Positions 9,500 to 21,714 of a stretch of 64,000 nucleotides of DNA are shown piece by piece. The stretch spans positions 992,001-1,056,000 of the forward strand of contig OZ240248.1 in assembly GCA_965198235.1 (NCBI GenBank), given 5' to 3'. Below the pieces are notes generated by a model, which was not told the origin of the DNA, made no database searches, and worked only from the letters and a program-made list of their open reading frames with translations. Within the stretch, counting starts at the first letter, position 1, and each line of letters opens with the position of its first letter. The DNA is from Candidatus Poribacteria bacterium (GTDB lineage Bacteria > Poribacteria > WGA-4E > WGA-3G). The translations under genes were made by a program, and so were the position numbers.

Positions 9500-9700
9500 T
9501 TGGTCCCTGGGCACCGCTTCAAATGTAAAGCAAAGACAAATTATGCCATTTAAGGAAACATAATTTCATTGCGCGGTGGCATCCGGCTAAGTCAAGTGCC
9601 ACCCGAAACCTAAAGCAGGGCATGAATTCACCGAAAACCGTTGCAGAACGAAGTGGAGCAACCCTCAGAAGTCAATAATTTAAAAATTGAAAGACAGAAA

Positions 9701-10207
9701 ATGGACAAAACCCATAACCTACGCTATCTTCTCACTGAACTCATCCGAACACACGACCTTGAGCCTAAGATGCTTGAACAAAAAGTCTTCGCTCTCTGGC
9801 GGGAACACCTTCGGAAACACCTTAGCGTGCCTCTCAGCACAAAAACTGTGCCTGTATCGCTGTCGAATGGTATCCTGAAGATTTACACAGAATATCCTGC
9901 GTACAAAACAGCCTTGTCATTCCATAAACCGAAACTCTTAGCCGACATAAACGCTGAATTAGGGCAACCCATTCTCACCGACCTTCGGATAGAAATACAC
10001 CAAGTTAACACGACAGAACCTCATAAAACTGAAGACCAGCCCTTAAGCCCAGAAACGTCAGAAGAAGATTCCACCACTGGTAACACCTACCAAGTAACAC
10101 CCGAACAGTTAGAAAAAATTGAGCAATCTCTCACAAGCGTGTCTGACCCTCAACTAAAAGAATCTTTGTGGCAATTATTCACTGCGCAAAGCATAGACAA
10201 ACCTTGA
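9701..10207 (+). CDS. dciA: DUF721 / DciA-like helicase-loader protein
   Basis: Lies between recF and gyrB; W...T.PVSLSNGILKI...LL..IN..LG...I pattern of DUF721. Confidence 0.65.
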   Translation: MDKTHNLRYLLTELIRTHDLEPKMLEQKVFALWREHLRKHLSVPLSTKTVPVSLSNGILKIYTEYPAYKTALSFHKPKLLADINAELGQPILTDLRIEIHQVNTTEPHKTEDQPLSPETSEEDSTTGNTYQVTPEQLEKIEQSLTSVSDPQLKESLWQLFTAQSIDKP

Positions 10208-10272
10208 CAATTCCTAATGCTTTAGATTTGGGTTCACCCCACGTGTATTGTGCGAAAAAGTTCATTTTTCCC

Positions 10273-10302
10273 TTGACAAAAAGTGTCAAAAAATGATATA
10301 AT
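10273..10302 (+). promoter_or_regulatory. gyrB promoter with overlapping palindrome
   Basis: TTGACA-N18-TATAAT with extended -10 TG; TTGACA-N5-TGTCAA inverted repeat at 10273-10289. Confidence 0.75.
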
Positions 10303-10436
10303 ATCTTTACCACAAGTAACGTAATTGTAAGGAGGTACACAAGAAATTTTCCTGCGGATAGGTACCAACTCCACTAAAAATTCTCACTACAAAGCAAACC
10401 ATTCCCGTTAGGGTGATTTATAGCGAGGCATCATAA

Positions 10437-12938
<2,502 letters not shown>

Positions 12939-12983
12939 ATCTTTCATCTATTGCATTAGTTACCCGAGATCTGTAGAAAAGGA

Positions 12984-15536
12984 GTGATAAATAATACAAA
13001 AAGTAAAATGGAAAACATCCAAGAACGCAACATAGAAAACGAATTGACGACATCGTACCTCACTTACGCGATGAGCGTCAATACCAACCGTGCGATACCT
13101 GATGTCCGCGACGGTCTCAAACCGAGTACCCGTCGGATTATTTACGCGATGGGACAGATAAACCTCACTGCAAATCGGCCTTACGACAAATGCGCCGCTG
13201 TTGTTGGGGAGGTGATGAAGAACTATCATCCACACGGTGATGGGCCCATTTACGGTACTCTTGTTGGTTTAGCGCAACCGTTTAGCACGCGCTATCCATT
13301 AGTAGACGGACAGGGAAACTTCGGGAGTATTGATGACGACCCGCCGGGTGCGATGCGCTATACGGAATGCCGCCTTACTGTTATTGCCAGTGAGATGCTC
13401 ACTGACATTGAAAAGCAGGTAACTGATTTCCAGCCCAATTACAAGGATTCCCTCGAAGAACCGACAGTCCTTCCTGGGCTACTACCGAATTTGCTCGTCA
13501 ATGGCACAACAGGTATAGGTGTTGGTTACCTTACTCGCATACCGCCACACAACCTCAGTGAGGTTGTTGACGCGCTACTTCATCAGCTCACGGATCCAGA
13601 TGCCACTTCAGAAACTCTCATGGAACACATCCCTGGACCCGACTTCCCTACCGCAGGTATTATTGTCGGTACCAGTGGTATCGAACAGATGTATGCCACC
13701 GGTAGAGGGAGCATCACTATCCGAGCCAAAGCGGTCATAGAAAGAGTTTCCTTACGCGGGGCGGAACGAGAACAGATTATCATAACGGAAATTCCGTATC
13801 AGGTAAAGAAAAACCAATTGTTAGAGCGGATGTATCAATTGGTTGTCAGCAAAACTATTACTGGAATTGACGATATCCGGGATGAATCAGACCAAGAGAT
13901 TCGCATCGTCATACCCCTTAAACGCGGCGAAATTGCGCAAGTTATCCTGAATCAACTGTATAAGCACACACAAATGCAGGTAAACTTCAGTGCAAGTCTT
14001 CTCTGCCTCGTAGAGGGGCTCCCGAAGATTTTAACACTTGAGGAAATTGTTCGCCACTATCTTGAGCACCGGAGAGATGTGATTCGGCGGCGCACAGAGT
14101 TTGAACTCGCACGTGCCGAACGCAGGAATCACATCTTAGAAGGATATCTCTTAGCACTACAAAACCTCGAAGCAATTATCGAACTCGTTCAAACAGCAGA
14201 ATCGCCGCAAACAGCAGAAGAGGAGCTCCGCGAAACCTATCAACTCAGCGAGCAACAGGCGCGAGAAATCCTTACTATGACGCTCCGGCAGTTGACGGGG
14301 CTGGAACGCCAGCGAATTCACGATGAATACACAGAACTCCTGGATCACATCGCCGAATTTCGCGCAATTCTTGCCAACGAAACATTGGTAACGGATATTG
14401 TCCGAACGGAACTCGAAACCCTCAAAGAGAAATATGGGGATGAACGCCGTACCGAAATTACGGGTGAAGTCAAGGAATTTGAAGTCGAAGATCTCATCGC
14501 TGATGAGGAGATGGTGGTCACACTATCGCATGCCGGTTACATTAAACGGTTACCCATGGACACCTACCGGAAGCAGCATCGCGGCGGGGTCGGGATCAGG
14601 GGGGCTACGCGAAAAGATGGCGATTTTTTGGAACACATCTTTGTCGCCACTGCCCATCAGAACATTCTGTTTTTCACAGATTTGGGCAAATGTTATACGC
14701 TGAAAGTTCATCAGATTCCTGAAGCCAGTCGCCAATCAGCCGGACGCGCAGTGGTCAACCTACTCCGTTTATCACAGGGTGAGAATATCACAGCTTATGT
14801 TACGGTCCCTCCCAAAACCGTTAATCAAGAAAGTGAGGGAGCTGATGCCGGCGAGGTTACGGCGAGTGAATTTGTCTTCATGGCGACGCAGCAAGGCATT
14901 GTCAAAAAGACAAAACTTTCCAGTTTTGAAAACACGCTATCAAGCGGCATTATTGCTGTCAACCTTGACGATGGCGATAAGCTTGTCGGTGCACAAGTAA
15001 CGAGCGGTGATTCCCATGTTATCCTTGTCACCCACAACGGTGTTGCCATACGCTTTAGTGAGAAAGATGTTAGACCTCTCGGACGTAACACGCGCGGCGT
15101 GCGAGGGATAGAACTTGGTGCCGATGACTTCATCGCGCAAATGGTTATTGTTAACAATGAATCATCGGAAACAGATGAGACAAGTGCTTCAGAAGGAGAC
15201 GATACTCTGTTAATTGTTACAGAAAATGGATACGGTAAGCGGACGGCTGTCTCTGCTTATCGTTCGCAGAAACGCGGTGGAAAAGGTATTATCGCCATCG
15301 GGAAATCTACCCGAAACGGGGCTGTTGTCGCTGCAAAACGCGTCACAAATACTGATGAACTTGTTCTCATTAGTTCAAACGGATATGTCACCCGAACGGC
15401 GGTCGGTGACATTCGACGTATCGGGCGTAACACCCAAGGCGTACGGATAATGGCACTCCAAGCAGATGAAACACTTGTTGACGCAGCCAAGATCGAACTC
15501 TCATCCTCCCTACTTGAGGAAGAATCAGATTCCTAA
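12984..15536 (+). CDS. gyrA: DNA gyrase subunit A
   Basis: PDVRDGLKP, HPHGD, catalytic AMRYTE, GyrA-box QHRGGVG and beta-pinwheel repeats; alternative start ATG 13008. Confidence 0.98.
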   Translation: MINNTKSKMENIQERNIENELTTSYLTYAMSVNTNRAIPDVRDGLKPSTRRIIYAMGQINLTANRPYDKCAAVVGEVMKNYHPHGDGPIYGTLVGLAQPFSTRYPLVDGQGNFGSIDDDPPGAMRYTECRLTVIASEMLTDIEKQVTDFQPNYKDSLEEPTVLPGLLPNLLVNGTTGIGVGYLTRIPPHNLSEVVDALLHQLTDPDATSETLMEHIPGPDFPTAGIIVGTSGIEQMYATGRGSITIRAKAVIERVSLRGAEREQIIITEIPYQVKKNQLLERMYQLVVSKTITGIDDIRDESDQEIRIVIPLKRGEIAQVILNQLYKHTQMQVNFSASLLCLVEGLPKILTLEEIVRHYLEHRRDVIRRRTEFELARAERRNHILEGYLLALQNLEAIIELVQTAESPQTAEEELRETYQLSEQQAREILTMTLRQLTGLERQRIHDEYTELLDHIAEFRAILANETLVTDIVRTELETLKEKYGDERRTEITGEVKEFEVEDLIADEEMVVTLSHAGYIKRLPMDTYRKQHRGGVGIRGATRKDGDFLEHIFVATAHQNILFFTDLGKCYTLKVHQIPEASRQSAGRAVVNLLRLSQGENITAYVTVPPKTVNQESEGADAGEVTASEFVFMATQQGIVKKTKLSSFENTLSSGIIAVNLDDGDKLVGAQVTSGDSHVILVTHNGVAIRFSEKDVRPLGRNTRGVRGIELGADDFIAQMVIVNNESSETDETSASEGDDTLLIVTENGYGKRTAVSAYRSQKRGGKGIIAIGKSTRNGAVVAAKRVTNTDELVLISSNGYVTRTAVGDIRRIGRNTQGVRIMALQADETLVDAAKIELSSSLLEEESDS

Positions 15537-15653
15537 AAAAGAGGAGATAGTTGCCAGTTTTCAGTTAACAGTTTTCAGTTACAAGAGGTTTGTGGTTAAA
15601 CAAATCCCTCTTTAACTGAAGACTGAAGGCTGAAGGCTGATAACTCACAAACA

Positions 15654-17300
15654 ATGAAACATTTTAAAGTGCTCTCAATCCTTGTTTTAATCACAGTATG
15701 TCTCCTTTTGGGTTCTGACTTGCGAGCTCAAACCGGAGGTGAAACGCCTGAGTTAGTGGTACTCCCTGATGCTGATACAGGATTAAACGCTGATATGACC
15801 CGTGTAGCAAAACTCTATACCAACCTAATGTGGGCAGTATATTGCAGAACAAGCGAACGCAGCATCCCAAAAAGCAAAGCTCTCTACGATGCCTTAATCA
15901 AGGAAATTGATGACTCCCCCATGATTCTCGAAAATGGGCTTCTATCTGCACGCGAGATAAGTTTTATTTATGCCGAGCGTGCGTCACTTCGGTTTCCTAA
16001 ATTGCAAGATATCAAAGGTGCGGAAGAGGATGCCAGAACAGCCATTAAACTTAATCCTGAAAATGTAAAAGCAACGTGGGTAATTGCCCAAATAGTGACG
16101 AACCGATTCATTTATTATATGGAACGGAACAGAAACAGCAAAATACCTAATGTTTTACAAAAGGAGATGTTTGATGTTTTAAACCGCGTGGTTGAATTAG
16201 ATGCAGACCACAATACAGCACATTTCTACCGTGGCAGCATGGCGCGTGATCTCGGCAATATTGAACTTGCAATTACGTCCTTCAAGGCACTTACACGCAT
16301 TATGCCTTATGATGACCAATACCATAAGGAACTTGCTGAACTCTATGAAATTCAAAATCGGCTTGATGAAGCTTTGCAGTCCTATGAAAGAGTCATCACC
16401 ATCCGACCCGAACAGAAAAGTGCACGAAACCGTCTTGGACAACTTTACCTTCAAACTGGCGACTATCCTGCAGCTATAAAGACTTTTCTCTCTATTTTGT
16501 CACCCCTTGAAGGACAGCCGGAGACTAATAGTGTAAGGGAGCGCACTACGCGTAATGTCGGTGAAGTTGAAATTGAAGCACACCACGGTATTAGTCTCGC
16601 GTATCAGGCAGAAAATGATTTTGAGCGGTCTGAATTCCATATCACACGTGTAATCAATTTGCTGGAAGAGAAGGCAAAACGGACTCGCACCGGTTTGCGG
16701 ACCAGAAGTAGCGAACGCGTTGAATTAGCCAGACGTATTCAAGACGCACGTTACACCCTCGGACAAATTTACCTCAAATTTAATGCGCCCCGGAAAGCCG
16801 TCCAAACTTTCACGAAGATTCTCACTGTTGATGATAAATATGTCCCTGCGCTTTCTGGTATAGGGATGGCGTATCAAATGCAAGACGATGTGAAACGCGC
16901 AGAAACTTATCTTCGTAGGGCAATTGAGTTATCTGTGGAAGAAGAATTGCCGGATGCATACAACGCATTAGGATATCTCTATGCAGAGCAGGGCATTAAT
17001 TTAGATGAAGCCGCAATTTTGGTTCGCCGTGCGCTCAAAAGCGTACCGAAATCTGGAGCATATCTTGATAGTTTAGGGGTCATCTACTTTAAGCAAGGCA
17101 AACTTGATGCCGCTATAGAAAATTTGGAGCAGGCACTCCACTATCTGCCTGATACACCTGTAATCCTCTTGCATCTTGCTGATGCTTATCTTGGGAAAGG
17201 CTTGAAACAGAAGGCACTGCAAACTTTAGAACAAGCTGTCCTACTTGAACCAAATAACACTGAACTGCGCCAGAGACTTGATGCCGTTAAACTCCGCTAA
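15654..17300 (+). CDS. Secreted tetratricopeptide-repeat protein
   Basis: Signal peptide, multiple TPRs, C-terminal YNALGYLYAE...YLDSLG motif. Confidence 0.85.
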   Translation: MKHFKVLSILVLITVCLLLGSDLRAQTGGETPELVVLPDADTGLNADMTRVAKLYTNLMWAVYCRTSERSIPKSKALYDALIKEIDDSPMILENGLLSAREISFIYAERASLRFPKLQDIKGAEEDARTAIKLNPENVKATWVIAQIVTNRFIYYMERNRNSKIPNVLQKEMFDVLNRVVELDADHNTAHFYRGSMARDLGNIELAITSFKALTRIMPYDDQYHKELAELYEIQNRLDEALQSYERVITIRPEQKSARNRLGQLYLQTGDYPAAIKTFLSILSPLEGQPETNSVRERTTRNVGEVEIEAHHGISLAYQAENDFERSEFHITRVINLLEEKAKRTRTGLRTRSSERVELARRIQDARYTLGQIYLKFNAPRKAVQTFTKILTVDDKYVPALSGIGMAYQMQDDVKRAETYLRRAIELSVEEELPDAYNALGYLYAEQGINLDEAAILVRRALKSVPKSGAYLDSLGVIYFKQGKLDAAIENLEQALHYLPDTPVILLHLADAYLGKGLKQKALQTLEQAVLLEPNNTELRQRLDAVKLR

Positions 17301-17397
17301 TCTTTTTCGGGACCGGTACATCTGTTGTCCGAGATATTCTTAAAAGATATGTACTACACCTGTCGCTGGTGTTTTGTGCTGTTAGGTAATCTGAGTC

Positions 17398-19329
17398 ATG
17401 CTAATAACAGACTGGGTGGATAAGATGCACATCTCAACAATTCAAGGTGCTTTTAGCAGACAAGAAAATAGAAGAGGGCTGAGATTAAGAGACTTCGTTA
17501 GAATCTCATATCCACGGAACAGCCTTCAGTCTTCAACCTTCAGCCTTCAGAGGGTATGGTATGCACGCCTACTGTGTTTACCGCAAGGTTCTCTCTCTTT
17601 GCTGACTGCTGACTGCCGACTGCCGACTGCTACGTCGCTTGCGAGGTTTTTGCTTGTAGCATTACTGATTTTGGGGGTTCCCTACAGCAGCTCAGCATAT
17701 CTCTGTGGGACTCCGCATCTGTCAAACCCAAAGCGTGTAATTGATGCTATAAACGCTCCACAACAGTTTTTTCGACCCGGAAACCAGACTGCTCCTGCCT
17801 TGCCTGCTGCGCCTGCTTTGCCAATTGGCACAGAACGAACCTTCTTCGCTCCTGATTTTAGAAGCATGCAACAGTACACTGTCTCCGCCGTTCTACGTGG
17901 TGTAGGTAGTTTCTGTTATGTTTTCGTTGAGGAAGCTGAGTGGAACACACGGGTTACCGCCGGAACCGTGCAGGCGATGATCCGTGCTTTTGACGCTACC
18001 ACGCCAGCGAATCCACAGCAAGGAATTTATCTGACGTTGACGAAGTTCTTCGGAGCCCCACCCGATATTGATGGAAACGGCAGGATTATCTTACTTCTAC
18101 TTAATATTCAAGATGCCCGCGGCGCGGACCGTTACACAGCAGGTTTTTTTAATCCGGCGGACCAGCATCGGGGTTTACTTCGAAACCCGGGCTTCCGAGG
18201 GTTTCCGATTCGTAGTAACGAAGCGGAAATGCTATATATTGATACACAACCTCTCAATCCGAACAGTGAAAGAGCACACAATGTTATTGCACATGAATTT
18301 CAACACCTCCTCAATTGGCATCATGATACAAGAGAAGTAACCTGGGTTGATGAGGGATGTGCAGTGTATGCCTCATTTCTCTGCGGTTATTCTGTGCAGG
18401 AACATGTAGCTGCATTTGAAAAAATGCCGTCTATCTCGCTTGTAACGTGGTCGGAGGGAGATGCGGACTCGCTTCCACACTACGGTGCTGCCTTCTTGTG
18501 GATGCTCTATCTTCATGAGCAGTACGGAGGTATAGGAACACTCATCGAAATTGTCCAAAATCGCGGCACATCGCTCACCGGTATCTCAGATGCCCTCGCA
18601 TCTCGAGGGATTACCCAAACAATTTCTGACATCTTTATTGAATGGAAATTGGCTAACTACTTATCTGAGTATCGTGCTGTCAGACTTTCTCTCATGCCTC
18701 GCCGCTGGCATGATTCCTATCCAAGCGGTACGCAGCAGGGGCAGCTGCGCAATTTTTCGGCGGCGTATATCGGCTTTAGAGATGCCGAGGGGTTAACACT
18801 TGGATTCTCAAGTAGTTCTCCAACGAGTAGTGCTGTCCATGCAATTGAATTTCATAACACTGGCACCGTCGAGATCAAGGAGATAAAATTGTCAGCTGGT
18901 AATACCGGCTCCCTTGTGTTATCGAATACTGCCGCAGAGGTGCTTCTTGTTCCCAGTTTGCATATGGAATCAATCAACGTTGACGCGCACAGCTCGACAT
19001 ACCAGTATAGTGCAACCCGCGGTGCGCATATTACCTTTATCACCGCTGCACTTCCGAATCCGGTGCATCCGCGTTACTGGGACATCATCGCTGAATCGAC
19101 TGAACCCCTCGTCGGGCTAACGCCCACTGTAACGCTAATGCTCTCTGACAGCAAGACGGAACGGCTTTACCGGGAAGCACAAGCAATGTATCTAATAACA
19201 CAGGACCTACAAGATAACCGTCTGTACCGATTCTCGTTCCTTCTTGAACCGGAAATAGCACCGAAATCTGTGATATATCAGGTTTCGCTTGATTCGAGAC
19301 CTGTTGGTACGGGATCCTTAACCGAGTAA
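17398..19329 (+). CDS. Secreted zinc metallopeptidase (M30/M6-like)
   Basis: AHEFQH zincin motif with downstream WVDEG; PDIDGNGRI; CGT after a hydrophobic stretch; start uncertain because a repeat element occupies 17520-17632. Confidence 0.75.
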   Translation: MLITDWVDKMHISTIQGAFSRQENRRGLRLRDFVRISYPRNSLQSSTFSLQRVWYARLLCLPQGSLSLLTADCRLPTATSLARFLLVALLILGVPYSSSAYLCGTPHLSNPKRVIDAINAPQQFFRPGNQTAPALPAAPALPIGTERTFFAPDFRSMQQYTVSAVLRGVGSFCYVFVEEAEWNTRVTAGTVQAMIRAFDATTPANPQQGIYLTLTKFFGAPPDIDGNGRIILLLLNIQDARGADRYTAGFFNPADQHRGLLRNPGFRGFPIRSNEAEMLYIDTQPLNPNSERAHNVIAHEFQHLLNWHHDTREVTWVDEGCAVYASFLCGYSVQEHVAAFEKMPSISLVTWSEGDADSLPHYGAAFLWMLYLHEQYGGIGTLIEIVQNRGTSLTGISDALASRGITQTISDIFIEWKLANYLSEYRAVRLSLMPRRWHDSYPSGTQQGQLRNFSAAYIGFRDAEGLTLGFSSSSPTSSAVHAIEFHNTGTVEIKEIKLSAGNTGSLVLSNTAAEVLLVPSLHMESINVDAHSSTYQYSATRGAHITFITAALPNPVHPRYWDIIAESTEPLVGLTPTVTLMLSDSKTERLYREAQAMYLITQDLQDNRLYRFSFLLEPEIAPKSVIYQVSLDSRPVGTGSLTE

Positions 19330-19432
19330 CTGTAGACGCGCGGGAGGTAAACAATCTGATCGCGCGCAGACTTCTTTAAAAACGGCTCCTATTTTATATC
19401 TCCAATTAGGGGCTTCAAGAAAGGGGAAAAAG

Positions 19433-20395
19433 ATGCAACCTACACTCTATGCCGGAACTATTGGACAAAGCGTCTGGCGCAGTGCTGACAACGGAGACAC
19501 ATGGCGCAGGGCGAGTAATGAGCTCTTTCCAGAAGCCGACGTTCGCGCCATAGCGGTTAATCCAAGTAACTCAGACACCCTCTATGCCGGGACCGAAAAA
19601 GGTATCTTCCGATCAGACGATGCTGCTGAATCATGGCATCGTCTCTCAAGTCCTATGGATGAATTGGAAGTTTGGGCGATCGCTGTTGATCCAAGGACAC
19701 CGAACACACTCTACGCGGGTACGTGCCCCTCTGCGCTTTTCAAATCCGCTGATGGTGGTGATAACTGGAAGCAACTCAACGTTGACCTCGCACAAGAGTG
19801 CGAAGGTGTTCCGATTATCCCGCGCGTTACAACCTTCGTGATTGATCCTGAAGATTCGCAAACGCTCTATGCGGGGATTGAGATTGATGGAATGCGCCTC
19901 AGTACAGATGGCGGTGAAACATGGGTTGAGCGCAGTGAGGGACTCAGTAGCCTTGATATCCACGGGCTTTGTGTGGTTCCTGGTTCACCCAGAACTATCA
20001 TTGCTGCGACGAACAATGATGTTTGTGTAACTACAGACATGGGACAACAGTGGACACCCTTAAATGTCAAGGCGCACTATCCATGGCCCTACTGTCGTGC
20101 CGCGTTTTTCCTCAATGGCAACGCTGGTCGGGTCTTTATCGGGGCTGGAAACGGTCCCCCTGGCGATCAAGGCGGGATTTTCTCGACGCATGATGCTGGG
20201 AAGACGTGGAACCGAGCCGATATCGGTAGAACAGCAAATAGCACAATCTGGTGTTTTGCTCACAATCCACAGTTTAACGATCTTCTTATCGCTTGCAGCG
20301 TAAGTGGACAACTGTACCGTAGTCCAGATTCTGGCGATTCATGGACCAAACTCGATCACGAATTTGGAGAAGTTCGAGCATTGGCTATCGGATAA
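19433..20395 (+). CDS. BNR/Asp-box beta-propeller protein (sialidase/xyloglucanase-like fold)
   Basis: Repeated S.D.G.TW Asp-boxes. Confidence 0.8.
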   Translation: MQPTLYAGTIGQSVWRSADNGDTWRRASNELFPEADVRAIAVNPSNSDTLYAGTEKGIFRSDDAAESWHRLSSPMDELEVWAIAVDPRTPNTLYAGTCPSALFKSADGGDNWKQLNVDLAQECEGVPIIPRVTTFVIDPEDSQTLYAGIEIDGMRLSTDGGETWVERSEGLSSLDIHGLCVVPGSPRTIIAATNNDVCVTTDMGQQWTPLNVKAHYPWPYCRAAFFLNGNAGRVFIGAGNGPPGDQGGIFSTHDAGKTWNRADIGRTANSTIWCFAHNPQFNDLLIACSVSGQLYRSPDSGDSWTKLDHEFGEVRALAIG

Positions 20396-20399
20396 AGGC

Positions 20400-20429
20400 T
20401 TGACTTGTTTCTGTAATTTATGGTATGCT
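20400..20429 (+). promoter_or_regulatory. Putative sigma70 promoter upstream of the mini-element and lipoprotein gene
   Basis: TTGACT-N18-TATGCT with extended -10 TG. Confidence 0.5.
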
Positions 20430-20451
20430 GTTGATAAAATGTAGGGCAAGG

Positions 20452-20686
20452 GTCAGTAACCCACCCTTAAAAAGTTGGGCTTGTGCGAAGCGTCCGCCAA
20501 ACGTCCACTCCACGAGTTAAACCGTTGACTACAGGTCGCCCGAACCCGTGACGATATTAATAGCAGGTTACTGTAGACCTCGTCCGCAGGCGCGAGGTAA
20601 AATAACGCCTGCACTTCCCTAGCAAAAGAGGCGGGATTTCCTTCACGCGCTAAAGCGCGGAGTTTCTATACCGAATATGCTGACGA
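20452..20686 (-). mobile_element. Non-autonomous IS200/IS605 (tnpB-derived) mini-element with probable omegaRNA scaffold
   Basis: End hairpin CGCGCT-AA-AGCGCG (20646-20659); minus strand encodes AINIVTGSGDL* (TnpB C-terminus-like) then GTAGTCAAC...ACAAGCCCAACTTTTTAAGGGTGGGTTACTGAC, typical of tnpB right ends. Confidence 0.65.
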
Positions 20687-20817
20687 GGTTTTTAAGTGGA
20701 CGCAATCGCATCAGAAGTCTCGCAAGTTATAGGTTGGGATGGGAGACAGAATTTCTGACCCAGTCTACAAAAAATTGGCTTTCACGTTACGCCCAAAATT
20801 ATAGGAGGCACACTTCA

Positions 20818-21600
20818 GTGATACGTTTCTTTACACTTCTATTCATACCGCTTCTCTGCATTGCGATGGCGGGCTGTCTTGATGGTGATGGTGAAGTTAA
20901 TATTGATACCCCACCCCCGATTAGTGATGCAAAGCGTGTTGCAATTGTTCCATTCTTTGCTGAAATAGGAGCAACAGAAGACATTGACAAGTTAGCTGGA
21001 CGAATTAGCGTTAACCTCGCAACGCGTCTGGAGCTGATATTCAAAGAGGCAGAGTGGGTTTATGACATCTCAAACAAAATTAAACCGGTTGCAGACCAAC
21101 TCACAGAGTTGGGATTAACGCTGGAGCAAGTCTATGCAGATCCTGCTTTGGCAGCGAAGCTCGGACAGGCACTCGACTCTGATATGGTTATCATCGGAAG
21201 GGTGGAAAACCCGAAATTAACCGACCGGGACTACGACCAACTTCTTATGAAACAGGGCAGACAGGGCGGAATTTCGGGTACATCCACCTATATTCGTACT
21301 CGTCTTACTGCTCTTGGTCGTATCCGTGTCAAAGTCGTTGATGCAAACTCTTCGGAGATTATTTTCAACAACCGTATTCGATCTTATCTCAAGTATTGGT
21401 ACGCCTATCAGACCCAGCAGAGCGAACAGCAAATATTTAAGAGCGATATGGATAGACTTGCCGATTTAGGTAAGTATCTCCCGCTCAGAATTGCTTATAT
21501 TCTCCATCCAACCGGGTTAAAGTTGGAAACCGAAGAGCAGATTCTGCTTAAACCGGACATGGTGCTCAAAGGGACAGGCGGTATTGTCGAGTTTAACTAA
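20818..21600 (+). CDS. Hypothetical lipoprotein (CsgG/LpoB-like fold possible)
   Basis: GTG start with AGGAGG RBS; lipobox MAGC; KRVAIVPF and AAKLGQALDSDMVIIGRV pattern. Confidence 0.75.
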   Translation: MIRFFTLLFIPLLCIAMAGCLDGDGEVNIDTPPPISDAKRVAIVPFFAEIGATEDIDKLAGRISVNLATRLELIFKEAEWVYDISNKIKPVADQLTELGLTLEQVYADPALAAKLGQALDSDMVIIGRVENPKLTDRDYDQLLMKQGRQGGISGTSTYIRTRLTALGRIRVKVVDANSSEIIFNNRIRSYLKYWYAYQTQQSEQQIFKSDMDRLADLGKYLPLRIAYILHPTGLKLETEEQILLKPDMVLKGTGGIVEFN

Positions 21601-21637
21601 AGCGTCTTAAGCTTTGTAACCAATCATCTCAAGGAAG

Positions 21638-21663
21638 AGGCGCGGTTTATGCCGTGCCTTTTC
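21638..21663. terminator. Intrinsic terminator between convergent genes
   Basis: AGGCGCGG-N6-CCGTGCCT hairpin followed by a T-run. Confidence 0.6.
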
Positions 21664-21714
21664 TCGTTAAGGTGAGTGATTCGTTAAGGTGAATGATTCG
21701 TTAAGGTGAATGAT
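21664..21714. repeat. 17-bp tandem repeat x3
   Basis: TCGTTAAGGTGA(G/A)TGAT three times, overlapping the stop codon of the minus-strand gene. Confidence 0.9.
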
